Program-made: the position numbers and the translations under genes
The notes under the pieces: generated by a model
What the model was told of the DNA's origin: nothing
What the model saw: only the letters and a program-made list of their open reading frames with translations
Databases searched by the model: none
Assembly (NCBI GenBank): GCA_963677485.1
Contig: OY781964.1
Location: 2,272,001-2,336,000, forward strand
Direction of reading: 5' to 3'
Source: Armatimonadota bacterium
GTDB lineage: Bacteria > Armatimonadota > HRBIN16
Length of the DNA stretch: 64,000 nt
In this document: positions 20,310-30,262 of the stretch, one piece after another
How positions within the stretch are numbered: position 1 is the first letter of the stretch
Layout of the letters: the number at the start of each line of letters is the position of its first letter

Positions 20310-21448
20310 GGTCTGGCTACCTCCCTGATGGCATTGAGCGTGCGTGTTGCGGTTTCTTTCCAGGTAAACAGCTTGGCCCTCTCTAGCCCTTTGTCCACGC
20401 ACTTTTGACGCAGAGCCTGGTCAAGCAGCATCTGTGACATCACTTGGGCCATTTGCACTGGGTCTTCAGGGTCGAAAGTCAACCCGGCATCACCCAATAC
20501 TTCAGGCATAGAGGAGACGTTAGAACAGCAGACGGGGGTTCCGCAATGCATCGCTTCGGCGATGGGTATACCAAAACCTTCGTAGAGCGAAGGGAAGATG
20601 AACAGGTCGGCTGCTCCATACAACAACGGCAGGTCCTCGGTAAGGGTGAACCCCAGGAACAGGATGTCATCCTTGTATTTGCTGGCCTCTGCTGCAGCGT
20701 GAACCAGCTCGTTCTGCTCGCGGTCGCTGCCCGGCAGCACCAGCATATGTTTCACATCATGCATTTTTCGCAAACGCTCATAGGCGTGGATCAACCCGAC
20801 ATGGTTTTTGCCTGGGTGCTCCAGCCGGCTTAGATACATTATATAAGGACGGTGTATACCGTATTTTTGTGCTATTGCTTGCTGACAGACCTGCTTATCG
20901 CGCGGAAAATACAGGCTAGTGTCGGCACCGTTCCATATGACCTGTACCTTGTTGCTTGGCAGACCGGTGACGGCCATGATATCTTTTTTACTGCTTTCGC
21001 TGACCGTGATGACCTTACTCAGCTTTCTGATGAGGCTGGGCAGTATCCTGTTCAGGTAGAACAGGCGAGAGCGGTCATACTTACCAGGCACGTGAAGCCA
21101 GGACATATCGTGAACGCAGGCTACGGAGGGACAGCATAGGTTCCAAGGCAGACGACGGTTGCCGGCGGGAAAAAACATCGCATCGTATTGGCGTGATGCC
21201 GCCAACCTGGGAAGGCCCATGATGTGCCAAAAAATATCTTTGATAGGCGAACGCATGGTATCGACCACAACCAGCGGGACAGCACGGTGCGAGGGCGGCA
21301 TAAAGATCGTCTTTTCGTCTTGCGCCACCACTACCTCGAAGCTGTCGTCGGAGGCTGTTTCGCAAAATTGCTGCAACACGTTGATGGTATAGCTACTGAT
21401 GCCTGACTTACCACTATCACAACCGAATGTGGTGATTCCAACATGCAT
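20306..21448 (-). CDS. Glycosyltransferase family 4
   Basis: ITVSESSKKDI, PGKNH, FPSLYEGFGIP..EAM.CGTPV, SSMPEV. Confidence 0.92.
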   Translation of the reverse strand: MHVGITTFGCDSGKSGISSYTINVLQQFCETASDDSFEVVVAQDEKTIFMPPSHRAVPLVVVDTMRSPIKDIFWHIMGLPRLAASRQYDAMFFPAGNRRLPWNLCCPSVACVHDMSWLHVPGKYDRSRLFYLNRILPSLIRKLSKVITVSESSKKDIMAVTGLPSNKVQVIWNGADTSLYFPRDKQVCQQAIAQKYGIHRPYIMYLSRLEHPGKNHVGLIHAYERLRKMHDVKHMLVLPGSDREQNELVHAAAEASKYKDDILFLGFTLTEDLPLLYGAADLFIFPSLYEGFGIPIAEAMHCGTPVCCSNVSSMPEVLGDAGLTFDPEDPVQMAQVMSQMLLDQALRQKCVDKGLERAKLFTWKETATRTLNAIREVARP

Positions 21449-21607
21449 TGTGCCGTTCTCCTGCGCGCTATTTAGTACTCCGTTCAAGCAGTTTACCCGA
21501 TATTTACCAATGAATAATAGGGCAAACCTAGTAATATTACAAGGAAGTTGGCCTAAAGAGCGAAAGATGGCAGATTGATTCTTGTGGTAATGATATTATC
21601 TGTGAGA

Positions 21608-22110
21608 TTTCACCGGAGGACACAAAGACGCAGCGGGAATGGCTCACGCGAAGACGCGAAAGGTGGGTTCATCCTCAGATGGCGCAGATGACGCCGATGA
21701 GGTATATGTCCGCCGGGTTTTCTTGTCTGAACCACGGATGACGCGGATTAATAGGATGACACGGATGGGATATAACGCAAGGACGCAAAGGGGCAGCGGG
21801 GAATGGCTCACGCGAAGACGCGAAGACGCGAAGGGTGGGTTCATCCACAGATGGCACAGATGACGCCGATGAGTTATATGGCCGCGCAGGTTTTTCGGCA
21901 CGCAGGTAACTGCTGGGCAGCTTGTTTCATGCGCGGTTCGGCTTGTAGGGGCGATTCGCGAATCGCCCTTCCGTCGTGCCGCGGGTTTAGTCACCCCGTG
22001 AACGGGGTTCCCTCACCGCGCGGCTAATCAGCTGGTCGCCCGCAAGCGGGCTCCGGTGCCCACACGAACACTTGTTGGAGCGGGTGCTACTGACTACGGA
22101 ACCGCCCCAA
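21608..22110. repeat. Intergenic repeat mosaic (short tandem modules, GTAG REP-like palindrome, repeat family B)
   Basis: Duplicated GGAATGGCTCACGCGAAGACGCGAA...GGGTTCATCC.CAGATGGC.CAGATGACGCCGATGAG; GTAGGGGCGATTCGCGAATCGCCC at 21945; family B at 21978-22070. Confidence 0.8.
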
Positions 22111-22119
22111 TTTCCATCC

Positions 22120-23736
22120 TTATTTCCCCACCATCTCGCCGATCTGGCTGGGCAGGGAGCGCGGTGCGGTGGCGCGGGCGGTGATGGTGCTGCCCTTGGG
22201 CACTGTGAACTCACCGCGGTAGCTCTGGCCCTTGGAGTCGGGGTCGCGAGTGTCCACGCTGTAACGGATGCTCGCGCCTTTCGTGGCGCAGGTGATACGC
22301 ACCCGCATGCCGTCCGCGGTCGGCGTGGTGCTGATGAGGGGGCGAATCGTTAACCCAATTGTCCTTATAGTGAGATCATCGTCCTCTGACATCATAAAAC
22401 TATCATTGAGCACAAATGATGACCAATAGTTATGGGTGGATACCTTTGTATCTTCTACTACCTTACCGTTACGGTTCACAATCATGAGGCGATGAACTCT
22501 TGAACTAACCGGCACCATGATAATGACATCAGATGATCCATACTGAATTGACCATACACCGTCTTCTTGATCGTCACGGGCCCTATATCTCAGTAATGGA
22601 GCAACTTTTATCGCCTGATCTCTACCACCACCAAGGTACATCAACTCACTAATATTGTCAGTGCGGGAAAAAGTGGTATCTGTATGGGACCATCTGACCT
22701 TGTATTTCGCCGTTAACACTGGGTAGCCCGTCATCTGCATGAAACTTATACGTTCACCGGGATATTTCGCTAGTTGAACTATGCTGCTTTGCCTCCATGG
22801 AATTTTTACAAGGCTGCCATCACGCATACAGATCAACAACACTAGCTTGCCGTTGTCGTAGCATATTTGGCTTCCGAACTGAGGGTATTTCAACTTAATA
22901 GTAATGGGGGGTAGCGGTCGACCATGTCCATCAATCTCTATCATCTCAAGCATAACAGCCTTGTTAATGGGGGTCTTTAGGTTACCGATTGGCCCACCTA
23001 ATGCCCGTTCATGAGTAAATAAAAAGGAACCGTTATACATCCCCTCGTATTTTGATCCGGGAGGAACCAGTGCAGTTTGTATTATTTTGCTTTGTTGATT
23101 TACTACAAAACACCGGTCAGATTTGGGCCAATTGTACGTAAACATGTAGCGGCCACTGTGGCCAACTGCCATGGATGGACCATCACCTGTTGAAACAGGC
23201 ACCGTCCCGATATATTTAGGAACACCTTTCGCGTCGAAAATAAACAGGTGGCTTGAGATATCGATATAGGTCTGACCGCTCCCAGCCTCTGTTTCTGTCA
23301 CAAGCACCGCCAGTTCATTTGGTGTACTATCACCGAATTTCCAGACACTGCCCAAGATCGGACGTCGCCATAACACACGATGGTGATTGTCACGTAGTTC
23401 CATCACAGAGACATTTGGTTCGCCACGCATCCCTAATGCCCGATATATGGCTAAATCAATAGTCCCTGACCAGATGGCCAGGTAATTGTTGAGACTAACC
23501 GGAAAAGTTTCGACCTTATCGCAGGTGAATCCCTTCTTGATCGATACCATACGACCATCTGGTGCCATCGCAATGAAGAACCGCAATGGTGTTGTCCCAT
23601 CTGGTTTGGTGAGAGTAAGCTTGATTTCGTTCACACGGATCTGACTGCTTGGTGTCGGCTTACAAGCACTTAACCCGGTCAGCAATATCGCAAATATAAC
23701 AAATAACAGAATGCCTCTGAGGAATATGGTCTTCAT
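22120..23736 (-). CDS. Exported (lipo)protein with conserved C-terminal Fn3-associated/chitobiase-C-like domain, copy 1
   Basis: Lipobox LSAC; C-terminal ITCATKGASIRYSVDTRDP...YRGEFTV..TITARA. Confidence 0.75.
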   Translation of the reverse strand: MKTIFLRGILLFVIFAILLTGLSACKPTPSSQIRVNEIKLTLTKPDGTTPLRFFIAMAPDGRMVSIKKGFTCDKVETFPVSLNNYLAIWSGTIDLAIYRALGMRGEPNVSVMELRDNHHRVLWRRPILGSVWKFGDSTPNELAVLVTETEAGSGQTYIDISSHLFIFDAKGVPKYIGTVPVSTGDGPSMAVGHSGRYMFTYNWPKSDRCFVVNQQSKIIQTALVPPGSKYEGMYNGSFLFTHERALGGPIGNLKTPINKAVMLEMIEIDGHGRPLPPITIKLKYPQFGSQICYDNGKLVLLICMRDGSLVKIPWRQSSIVQLAKYPGERISFMQMTGYPVLTAKYKVRWSHTDTTFSRTDNISELMYLGGGRDQAIKVAPLLRYRARDDQEDGVWSIQYGSSDVIIMVPVSSRVHRLMIVNRNGKVVEDTKVSTHNYWSSFVLNDSFMMSEDDDLTIRTIGLTIRPLISTTPTADGMRVRITCATKGASIRYSVDTRDPDSKGQSYRGEFTVPKGSTITARATAPRSLPSQIGEMVGK

Positions 23737-23767
23737 ATGGTTGTCCCTATTTGTTTATGTAGATTGT

Positions 23768-25345
23768 TCATTTCCCCACCACCTCCGCTATCTGGCTGGG
23801 CAGGGTGCGCGGGGCGGTGGCGCGGGCGGTGATGGTGCTGCCCTTGGGCACGGTGAACTCGCCGCGGTAGCTCTGGCCTTTGGAGTCCGGGTCGCGAGTG
23901 TCCACGCTGTAGCGGATGCTCGCACCCTTCGTGGCGCAGGTGATACGCACCTTCAGACCGTCCGCGGTCGGCGTGGTGGTGATGAGGGGTATGGCGACCA
24001 TGGGGATGGAGGACCACTGCAACGTCTCGCTCATTTGAACAAGGCAACTGCTTCTGGTGATCACAGGATATTGAATGAATCCCTTTACGCAACTACGGGC
24101 AAGCACTTTTCCATGGCGATTTGTTAGCACGATCCAGCTATCAGGCTTACCTGGGGCGATTATTAGTGCATCAGATGATCCATACAGCGATCCCGACAGA
24201 GTTCCGACATCGTAAAAACTGCGTGACACCAACGGACGCAGTTTCCAGGAATGCGGGTTTGTTTTGTCTACATATGCTGCCCACTCGGTGTAGTCATGTT
24301 CTGCTTCAGCCAGGTCACTTCGAAAAGCAATAGTCGGTGCTTCGGGATTGGTGCTATCCATAGAGATAAACCCGTAGCGTAGTGGAAGGAAGGAATGGTA
24401 TGTCTGTTTGAGGTTGTTCACCATCCATTGGGTTACGTAAGCGCGGGTTGCAGTATTAACTAAAAGTTGGTTGTTTGCGATAAGCCGGTGACCATCGGTT
24501 CCGTCTTTCACACTCAGAGCGACAGGTTTGCCAAACTGACCGAGACGATCCATCTCAAGCATCTGAACCTCGCTTAGTCGTCGAGACCAGTTCCGATCGT
24601 GTATATAGGTCTTTTTAACAAAGCAATATTTCCCGTCCTGTTTGCCTAAAAAACCATACCCGTACGGCATTCTCTCCATATGAGCAATTAATCGGCCGTC
24701 TGAGCCAACCAATACCAGATAACCAAACGGCCTGTCACTATCACCATTACCCCTTGAGAATATCAACACATCACCATCTGTGGTTTTTATGTCTGACCCG
24801 ATATAGTCGTTAACTGGCAGCCTGCTACTCCATATTGGATGACCCGTTCGGTCCAGCATCAACAGCTTATAATCGTCTTTGTTGGCGGGAATAGAAGGGT
24901 CCGGGCCTGCATTGATGATCATGGAAATCCTGCCATTGTCACGTGGACTTATGTCTACAACACTTCCGACGATGACCCGTTGCCATATTACCTTGTGGTT
25001 GTCATCTCTCATTTCCAGCAGTGATGTATGCATCGAGTCGATAATCTTGTGTTTTACGGATGCTTGCGTTTGAGATTCCGGGATTATTGACCGCATCACG
25101 AGATAGTGCTGGTCATCAATTTGCATGATTTGGTCGATCGAACCTTTGTATTTACCTCGATACGATCCTTGCAGCCGGGCATCAGCGGTGATGACTAGAG
25201 CATTTACATCGTTAAACGGTGATGTGCTAAGCATGACAGGTGTAGTAGGAATTGGAGTGTATGTGACGGTTTTGTGTGGTCTGCTCACTAAAAATGCAAC
25301 CACAACCACCACTACCGAGATCACTACGATCATACGGATACGCAT
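23768..25345 (-). CDS. Exported protein with the same C-terminal domain, copy 2
   Basis: N-terminal hydrophobic anchor; shared EMRD...W and YGSSD motifs; near-identical C-terminal DNA. Confidence 0.75.
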   Translation of the reverse strand: MRIRMIVVISVVVVVVAFLVSRPHKTVTYTPIPTTPVMLSTSPFNDVNALVITADARLQGSYRGKYKGSIDQIMQIDDQHYLVMRSIIPESQTQASVKHKIIDSMHTSLLEMRDDNHKVIWQRVIVGSVVDISPRDNGRISMIINAGPDPSIPANKDDYKLLMLDRTGHPIWSSRLPVNDYIGSDIKTTDGDVLIFSRGNGDSDRPFGYLVLVGSDGRLIAHMERMPYGYGFLGKQDGKYCFVKKTYIHDRNWSRRLSEVQMLEMDRLGQFGKPVALSVKDGTDGHRLIANNQLLVNTATRAYVTQWMVNNLKQTYHSFLPLRYGFISMDSTNPEAPTIAFRSDLAEAEHDYTEWAAYVDKTNPHSWKLRPLVSRSFYDVGTLSGSLYGSSDALIIAPGKPDSWIVLTNRHGKVLARSCVKGFIQYPVITRSSCLVQMSETLQWSSIPMVAIPLITTTPTADGLKVRITCATKGASIRYSVDTRDPDSKGQSYRGEFTVPKGSTITARATAPRTLPSQIAEVVGK

Positions 25346-25375
25346 AACTCTATACCTCTTTTGTCTTCTTTGGTC

Positions 25376-26947
25376 CTACCGCTCAGCTATCTGGCTGGGC
25401 AGGGAGCGCGGCGCTGTAGCGCGGGCGGTGATGGTGCTGCCTTTGGGCACGTTGAACTCACCGCGGTAGCGCTGGCCCTTGGAGTCGGGGTCGCGAGTGT
25501 CTACGCAGTAGCGGATGCTCGCGCCCTTCGTGGCGCAGGTGATACGCACCCGCATACCGTCCGCGGTCGGCGCGGTGCGGATGAGGGGGGTGGAGACGAT
25601 GGGGATGATAGCCTGATCTGCTGTTTCATACGAGGAAACGACGCAATGGGTGGAGCTCCCCACTTGAGTGATCGAAGGGGGATTGGTGATATGCTTGCTC
25701 ACCATGTATAGGCCTACTGTGTGTCCGTATCGGTTGAATAGAAGAAGTTTTGACTCATGAGTGCCAGGAACAACTGTCAAAACATCCGTGCTGCCGTATA
25801 AGGCACAGACAGGGTCAAAATCCCCATCTATAACGTGGCCCTTTGCCATTTGTCGAGGTTTCCAACTATCTGACTTGCTGGTGTCCATCATAGACAAACC
25901 CGCGGTCCATTCTCGGCTAGCTTCGTTTGCATTATGGAACTGTTGGATGACTGGAGCCGCCGGGTTGTTACTGTCAAGCACCATGTAGTCTTGGCTCCAT
26001 TTTCTGGTTTCCCAGCGATATACCTCTTTGGGGGTATACTTCATCCATGGGGTGATCAAAGTGGAGTAACGGTCTTGAATCAACAACTGACGTGAGGCTA
26101 GAGTGTGGAATTTTGCATATATGGTCGACTGGAATTTAAGGGAAGGTAACACTTTTCCGTTGTGGTCGAGTTCAAACATCTCAGCAGAAGATGGCGTGTT
26201 CCACAAAACTTCTACATAGGAAGTGGTTTTATTGAGTTGGCTATTACGAACGAACCGATAACGTCCATCGAAATGACCCAGGTAGTAGAGATTATCACGA
26301 TTCGGTTGTTGGTTTTTGAGTACAAGCTTGTATCCATTGCGATCTACTGATATTGCGCTGACAATACTGCCGGGCAGCCATTCGCCCCAACTGATCAACA
26401 GGATACGGTCGCCCAGGCTTTCAATAGATCGGTCGTTGTAATCACCATCTGGTATCTCACGACTCCACAGCTTGTGCCCTTGATTATTCAAAGTCACCAT
26501 CTGGGAAACTCGGGGCATGCCGTTTTCCTGGTAACCAGCGATGACTATTACATTTTTGCCATCGTAACGTACAGCATCGATATCACCTGTGAATAGGCTG
26601 CTCCACATCGGCTTGTCGTTACTGTCTCTCATCTGAAGGATGCTGGTGACCGGTTCAGCAGCCTGCTTCGAGGATGCTTTTTGCTTATCCGGAGTCGCAG
26701 ACCCAGTTAAAATGGTGTGGCTGTCGCCGGCTTGGCGTATCCGATCGATTCTGATCTTTATGATTCCCGTGTAGTTGGCATGCGCCCGTCCTTCGAGGGT
26801 AATGACGGGTGTGGATTGAAGTGTTTCGGTGTATGGCCTAAGGACGGTGTGCGGCAGCGGCACATACTGCTCCTGTGAGTGCAGGTTCATAGTCACTGCA
26901 GCTGCAATCACTAATACCATTGCCAGAATGCCTCGTCTGTATTTCAT
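25376..26947 (-). CDS. Exported protein with the same C-terminal domain, copy 3
   Basis: GGAGG RBS; signal/anchor sequence; same motifs. Confidence 0.75.
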   Translation of the reverse strand: MKYRRGILAMVLVIAAAVTMNLHSQEQYVPLPHTVLRPYTETLQSTPVITLEGRAHANYTGIIKIRIDRIRQAGDSHTILTGSATPDKQKASSKQAAEPVTSILQMRDSNDKPMWSSLFTGDIDAVRYDGKNVIVIAGYQENGMPRVSQMVTLNNQGHKLWSREIPDGDYNDRSIESLGDRILLISWGEWLPGSIVSAISVDRNGYKLVLKNQQPNRDNLYYLGHFDGRYRFVRNSQLNKTTSYVEVLWNTPSSAEMFELDHNGKVLPSLKFQSTIYAKFHTLASRQLLIQDRYSTLITPWMKYTPKEVYRWETRKWSQDYMVLDSNNPAAPVIQQFHNANEASREWTAGLSMMDTSKSDSWKPRQMAKGHVIDGDFDPVCALYGSTDVLTVVPGTHESKLLLFNRYGHTVGLYMVSKHITNPPSITQVGSSTHCVVSSYETADQAIIPIVSTPLIRTAPTADGMRVRITCATKGASIRYCVDTRDPDSKGQRYRGEFNVPKGSTITARATAPRSLPSQIAER

Positions 26948-27140
26948 TTTCTACCTCCATCGGCTCGTTTCATATGAAACTTGTCTATTTTGACAGCGTC
27001 TATAGTGGGAAAGTTATCATGATACCAGTTTCCCACCCGACCTGCCGCAACCTCATGACCTGCATCCTTACGGGGTTGGCTAACATTTACCCATGCGCAT
27101 TTACCCGGCTGACTTCCCACGCTGCCGCGGGTTTAGTCAC

Positions 27141-27255
27141 CCCAGTCTATTACCCACAAATATTTCATGGCCAGTAGGTCACCGATTCCGAGACATTAAT
27201 GTCGCGGCACATGGTCGATACGATCCCAATCTGGATTTGTGGGTAATAGACTGGG
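27141..27255. mobile_element. 115-bp MITE with 21-bp perfect TIRs and 9-bp target-site duplication
   Basis: CCCAGTCTATTACCCACAAAT (27141-61) / ATTTGTGGGTAATAGACTGGG (27235-55), flanked by TTTAGTCAC on both sides; an empty site is visible at ~21986. Confidence 0.88.
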
Positions 27256-27403
27256 TTTAGTCACTCCACGGGACTGGCGTCCCTAAAGGAGTTCCCTCAC
27301 CGCGCGGCTAATCGACTGGTCGCCCGCAAGCGGGCTCCGGTGGCACCTGCGACACTCGTCGGAGTGGGTTCTATTAACCACAACGTCTCCCCAAGTTCCA
27401 CCC

Positions 27404-29011
27404 CTATTTCCCCACCGACTCAACGATCTGGCTGGGAAGGGTGCGCGGGGCGGTGGCGCGGGCGGTGATGGTACTGCCCTTGGGCACGGTGAATTCACCG
27501 CGGTAGCTCTGGCCTTTGGAATCCGGGTCGCGCTCATTCACGCTGTAGCGGATGCTCGCGCCCTTCGTGGCGCAGGTGATGCGCACCTTAAGACCGTCCG
27601 CGGTCGGCGTGGTGCTGATGAGGGGGGTGCAGACCATGGGGATGGAGGCCCATTCGATCGGTTCATCGTGAAAGGCTGATGTAGGCATGACACATCGGCC
27701 GGGCAATAGTACGATGTTCTCACCCGTTGAAGACATGGCTTCAGCCTTAATATGGTATCGTCCGATGATACGACCTGTTCTGTTCGCTAATACCAGTTGA
27801 GACCTTTTAGGGGCCGAAATCGTCATCAATACGTCGGTGTCGCCATAAAGGTAGCAATGTGCTTCTTTGCATGCATCTAGATAGCCTGCAGCTAACCTTC
27901 GAGCTCTCCAGTGTTTTGGATAGGTGGTATCCATCAGCGCGAAGCCCGTATGGTATTCGCTGGACTGGTCTTTAGCGTTGTTGTATCTCTGTATTATGGG
28001 AGCTCGGATGTTCTCATAATCAAGGACCTGCAGATTATATGACCATCTTTGGTTATACCAGCGGTAGACTCCCTCTGGACGATAACCCATCCAGGGTGTA
28101 ACACTGGTCGAGTGCTGGTCGTTAATCGCCATCCTGTTCGGATCAGACATGCGGAACGTCACGTTCATGGTCGTTTTGAAAATCGGAGAGTGAAGCACTT
28201 TGCCATCAGCGTCGATCTCAAACATTTCAGCGATACCGGATGCAGATGACCCATTCGGCAGATTCTCTTTTGTAGGTATCTCCGGTCGCAGACTCACAAA
28301 TCGGCATCTTCTGTTATAACTACCTAGAAATGTGAGATTCTCACTGCCGGGTGCTTCCCGTATCAACTTGGATTGGTTATGCTCCGCAAAATAGATGCCA
28401 TTGCCAAAGCTGCTCCAGTTGTCGCCAACCAATATATAGCGATCACCGTCTTTGTCGATCGTCCAGCGTTGAAAACCGCGTTTTGATACATCGGCACTCC
28501 ACAGTGCATTGCCCTGAACGTCGAGAACGATGAATCGAGCTAATGATGGTTTTATTCTGTCATCATAACTCACGATGAGGGCAGTCGTTGATCCATCGGT
28601 ATAAATGGCGTCAATATATCCGACCAACAGTCGGCACCACAACACTTTGTCGCGTTCATCGCGCATTTCGATGATAGATTCTGCAGCATCTTGTTCTGCA
28701 CCCACGAGAGGTTGCTCGCTGCCAATGGACCCCTGCGCTAGATATCGATCAGTTCCGGCCTGGTGCAAGTCAGTCCATTCAAACGCCAGGATCCCTGAAT
28801 ACTGTTGATTTTGCTTCCCATCACGTGTGATCACGGATGCAGAGAGTTGGTAATCAACGTATGAAGAATGGTTGACCGGCTGCAGCAGTTCGTAGTGCTC
28901 CCACGGCCGTTCAAAATAGGCATATACGGTCACCAGCACCAGCACAACCACCAATGTGATCTGGCTACATCTCAAGACCCACCTCCATCGGTTGTGCTTC
29001 CTATATATCAC
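27404..29011 (-). CDS. Exported protein with the same C-terminal domain, copy 4
   Basis: N-terminal TM; same internal motifs and C-terminal module. Confidence 0.75.
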   Translation of the reverse strand: MIYRKHNRWRWVLRCSQITLVVVLVLVTVYAYFERPWEHYELLQPVNHSSYVDYQLSASVITRDGKQNQQYSGILAFEWTDLHQAGTDRYLAQGSIGSEQPLVGAEQDAAESIIEMRDERDKVLWCRLLVGYIDAIYTDGSTTALIVSYDDRIKPSLARFIVLDVQGNALWSADVSKRGFQRWTIDKDGDRYILVGDNWSSFGNGIYFAEHNQSKLIREAPGSENLTFLGSYNRRCRFVSLRPEIPTKENLPNGSSASGIAEMFEIDADGKVLHSPIFKTTMNVTFRMSDPNRMAINDQHSTSVTPWMGYRPEGVYRWYNQRWSYNLQVLDYENIRAPIIQRYNNAKDQSSEYHTGFALMDTTYPKHWRARRLAAGYLDACKEAHCYLYGDTDVLMTISAPKRSQLVLANRTGRIIGRYHIKAEAMSSTGENIVLLPGRCVMPTSAFHDEPIEWASIPMVCTPLISTTPTADGLKVRITCATKGASIRYSVNERDPDSKGQSYRGEFTVPKGSTITARATAPRTLPSQIVESVGK

Positions 29012-29298
29012 AGTTTGAACAAGCGGGCATCGGTTTATCGACGTCCTTACTGTGTTTATACGCGCATGATATAAAGGTTGTCAAGACGTGTCCTAGAACC
29101 GGCCTATGATAGAGACGTATAAGCACGCTCCGTTTTTCGTAACATTGTGGCAAAAGGCGCTGTCTGCATAGTTGGTGCGGGTTGCGGCGCGTATATCGGC
29201 TGCCGCTTGACAACGCCGCACGCCTGCTCTATCTTGAAAGGGGCAACGCCAAGTTTTCACCCATGGAGGGTATCTGAATAGGTATTATCGAGGGGCTC

Positions 29299-30249
29299 GT
29301 GATCCGCGCCGTCCGCGGCAACTACATCGTCGACTCGCATCACCAGGAGTGGGTCTGCTCGGTCAGGGGCAACCTCAAGAAGGACCTCGTGTTCTCCGAG
29401 AGTGCCAGCCGCGCCGCCAGGGTGATCAGCGCCGCCCGCCGACGGGTCACCAACCCGGTCACTGTGGGCGATGAAGTTCTTTTTCAAGAGCTTTCTGAGG
29501 GTGTGGGCGTGATCGAAGAGGTGCTGCCCCGCCGGTCGGCGGTGGTGCGCTACGTGCCGCGTGAGCGCGAGAGTCAGGTGATTGTGGCGAATATCGACCT
29601 ATTCCTTGTGGTCTTCTCCGCCATTGAGCCGCGCCTGGATCCCTGGAAGTTGGACCGCTTCCTGGTGGCCTCCATCAGCGCGGGGCTTGACCCCGTGATC
29701 GCCATCAACAAGATGGACCTTGAGGTAGAGCCGGAGCTGCAGCCGTTGATAGAGGCCTACCGTAAGGCGGGATACCAGGTGATCACGCTGAGTGCCAAAG
29801 AGGGCGACGGCGTGCAGGCGGTGATGGAGTTGATCCACGGCAAGATCGCGGCCTTCAGCGGGCCGTCCGGAGTAGGCAAGAGCAGCCTTTTGAATGCGAT
29901 CTGTCCCGAAATCGCCGCCAGCACCGGTGATGTGGGCAAAAACAGCAAAATGGGTCGCCACACTACCACCCGCGCGCAATTATACCGTATAGATAAAGAG
30001 GATACCTGGGTGGCAGACACCCCCGGACTGCGTAACCTGGAGTTTTGGCAGGTGGAACCTGAGGCGATTGACGCGGCCTTTCCTGAGATCGAACCGCACC
30101 TGGGTGACTGCCGGTTCAACAACTGCAAGCACGATTCCGAGCCCGGATGCCCTCTGCGTGAAGCGGTGGCGAAAGGTCTTGTGGATATGCGCAGATACAA
30201 GAGCTATCTGCAACTGAGCCAGGAAGTCGTAAAGAAGCCAGAGTATTAA
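29299..30249 (+). CDS. rsgA: Ribosome small subunit-dependent GTPase A
   Basis: VGD, ANID, NKMDL, GPSGVGKSSLLN, GRHTTT, DTPG, CRFNNCKH.SEPGC. The true start may lie slightly upstream. Confidence 0.95.
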   Translation: MIRAVRGNYIVDSHHQEWVCSVRGNLKKDLVFSESASRAARVISAARRRVTNPVTVGDEVLFQELSEGVGVIEEVLPRRSAVVRYVPRERESQVIVANIDLFLVVFSAIEPRLDPWKLDRFLVASISAGLDPVIAINKMDLEVEPELQPLIEAYRKAGYQVITLSAKEGDGVQAVMELIHGKIAAFSGPSGVGKSSLLNAICPEIAASTGDVGKNSKMGRHTTTRAQLYRIDKEDTWVADTPGLRNLEFWQVEPEAIDAAFPEIEPHLGDCRFNNCKHDSEPGCPLREAVAKGLVDMRRYKSYLQLSQEVVKKPEY

Positions 30250-30262
30250 GAGGAGATCAGCA

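Noticed and set aside
21639-22353. Short ORFs in repeat mosaics (also 31524-31921, 44401-44882, 62664-62985) and long antisense ORFs such as 4011-4853, 30527-31567 and 41932-42759
   Set aside because: They are translations of repeats or shadows of real genes in GC-rich DNA, with no RBS or recognisable motifs.
22120-27627. Diversity-generating retroelement TR/VR pairs in the repeated C-terminal module
   Set aside because: Differences are mostly synonymous and not adenine-specific, all copies are coding, and no reverse transcriptase is present in the window.
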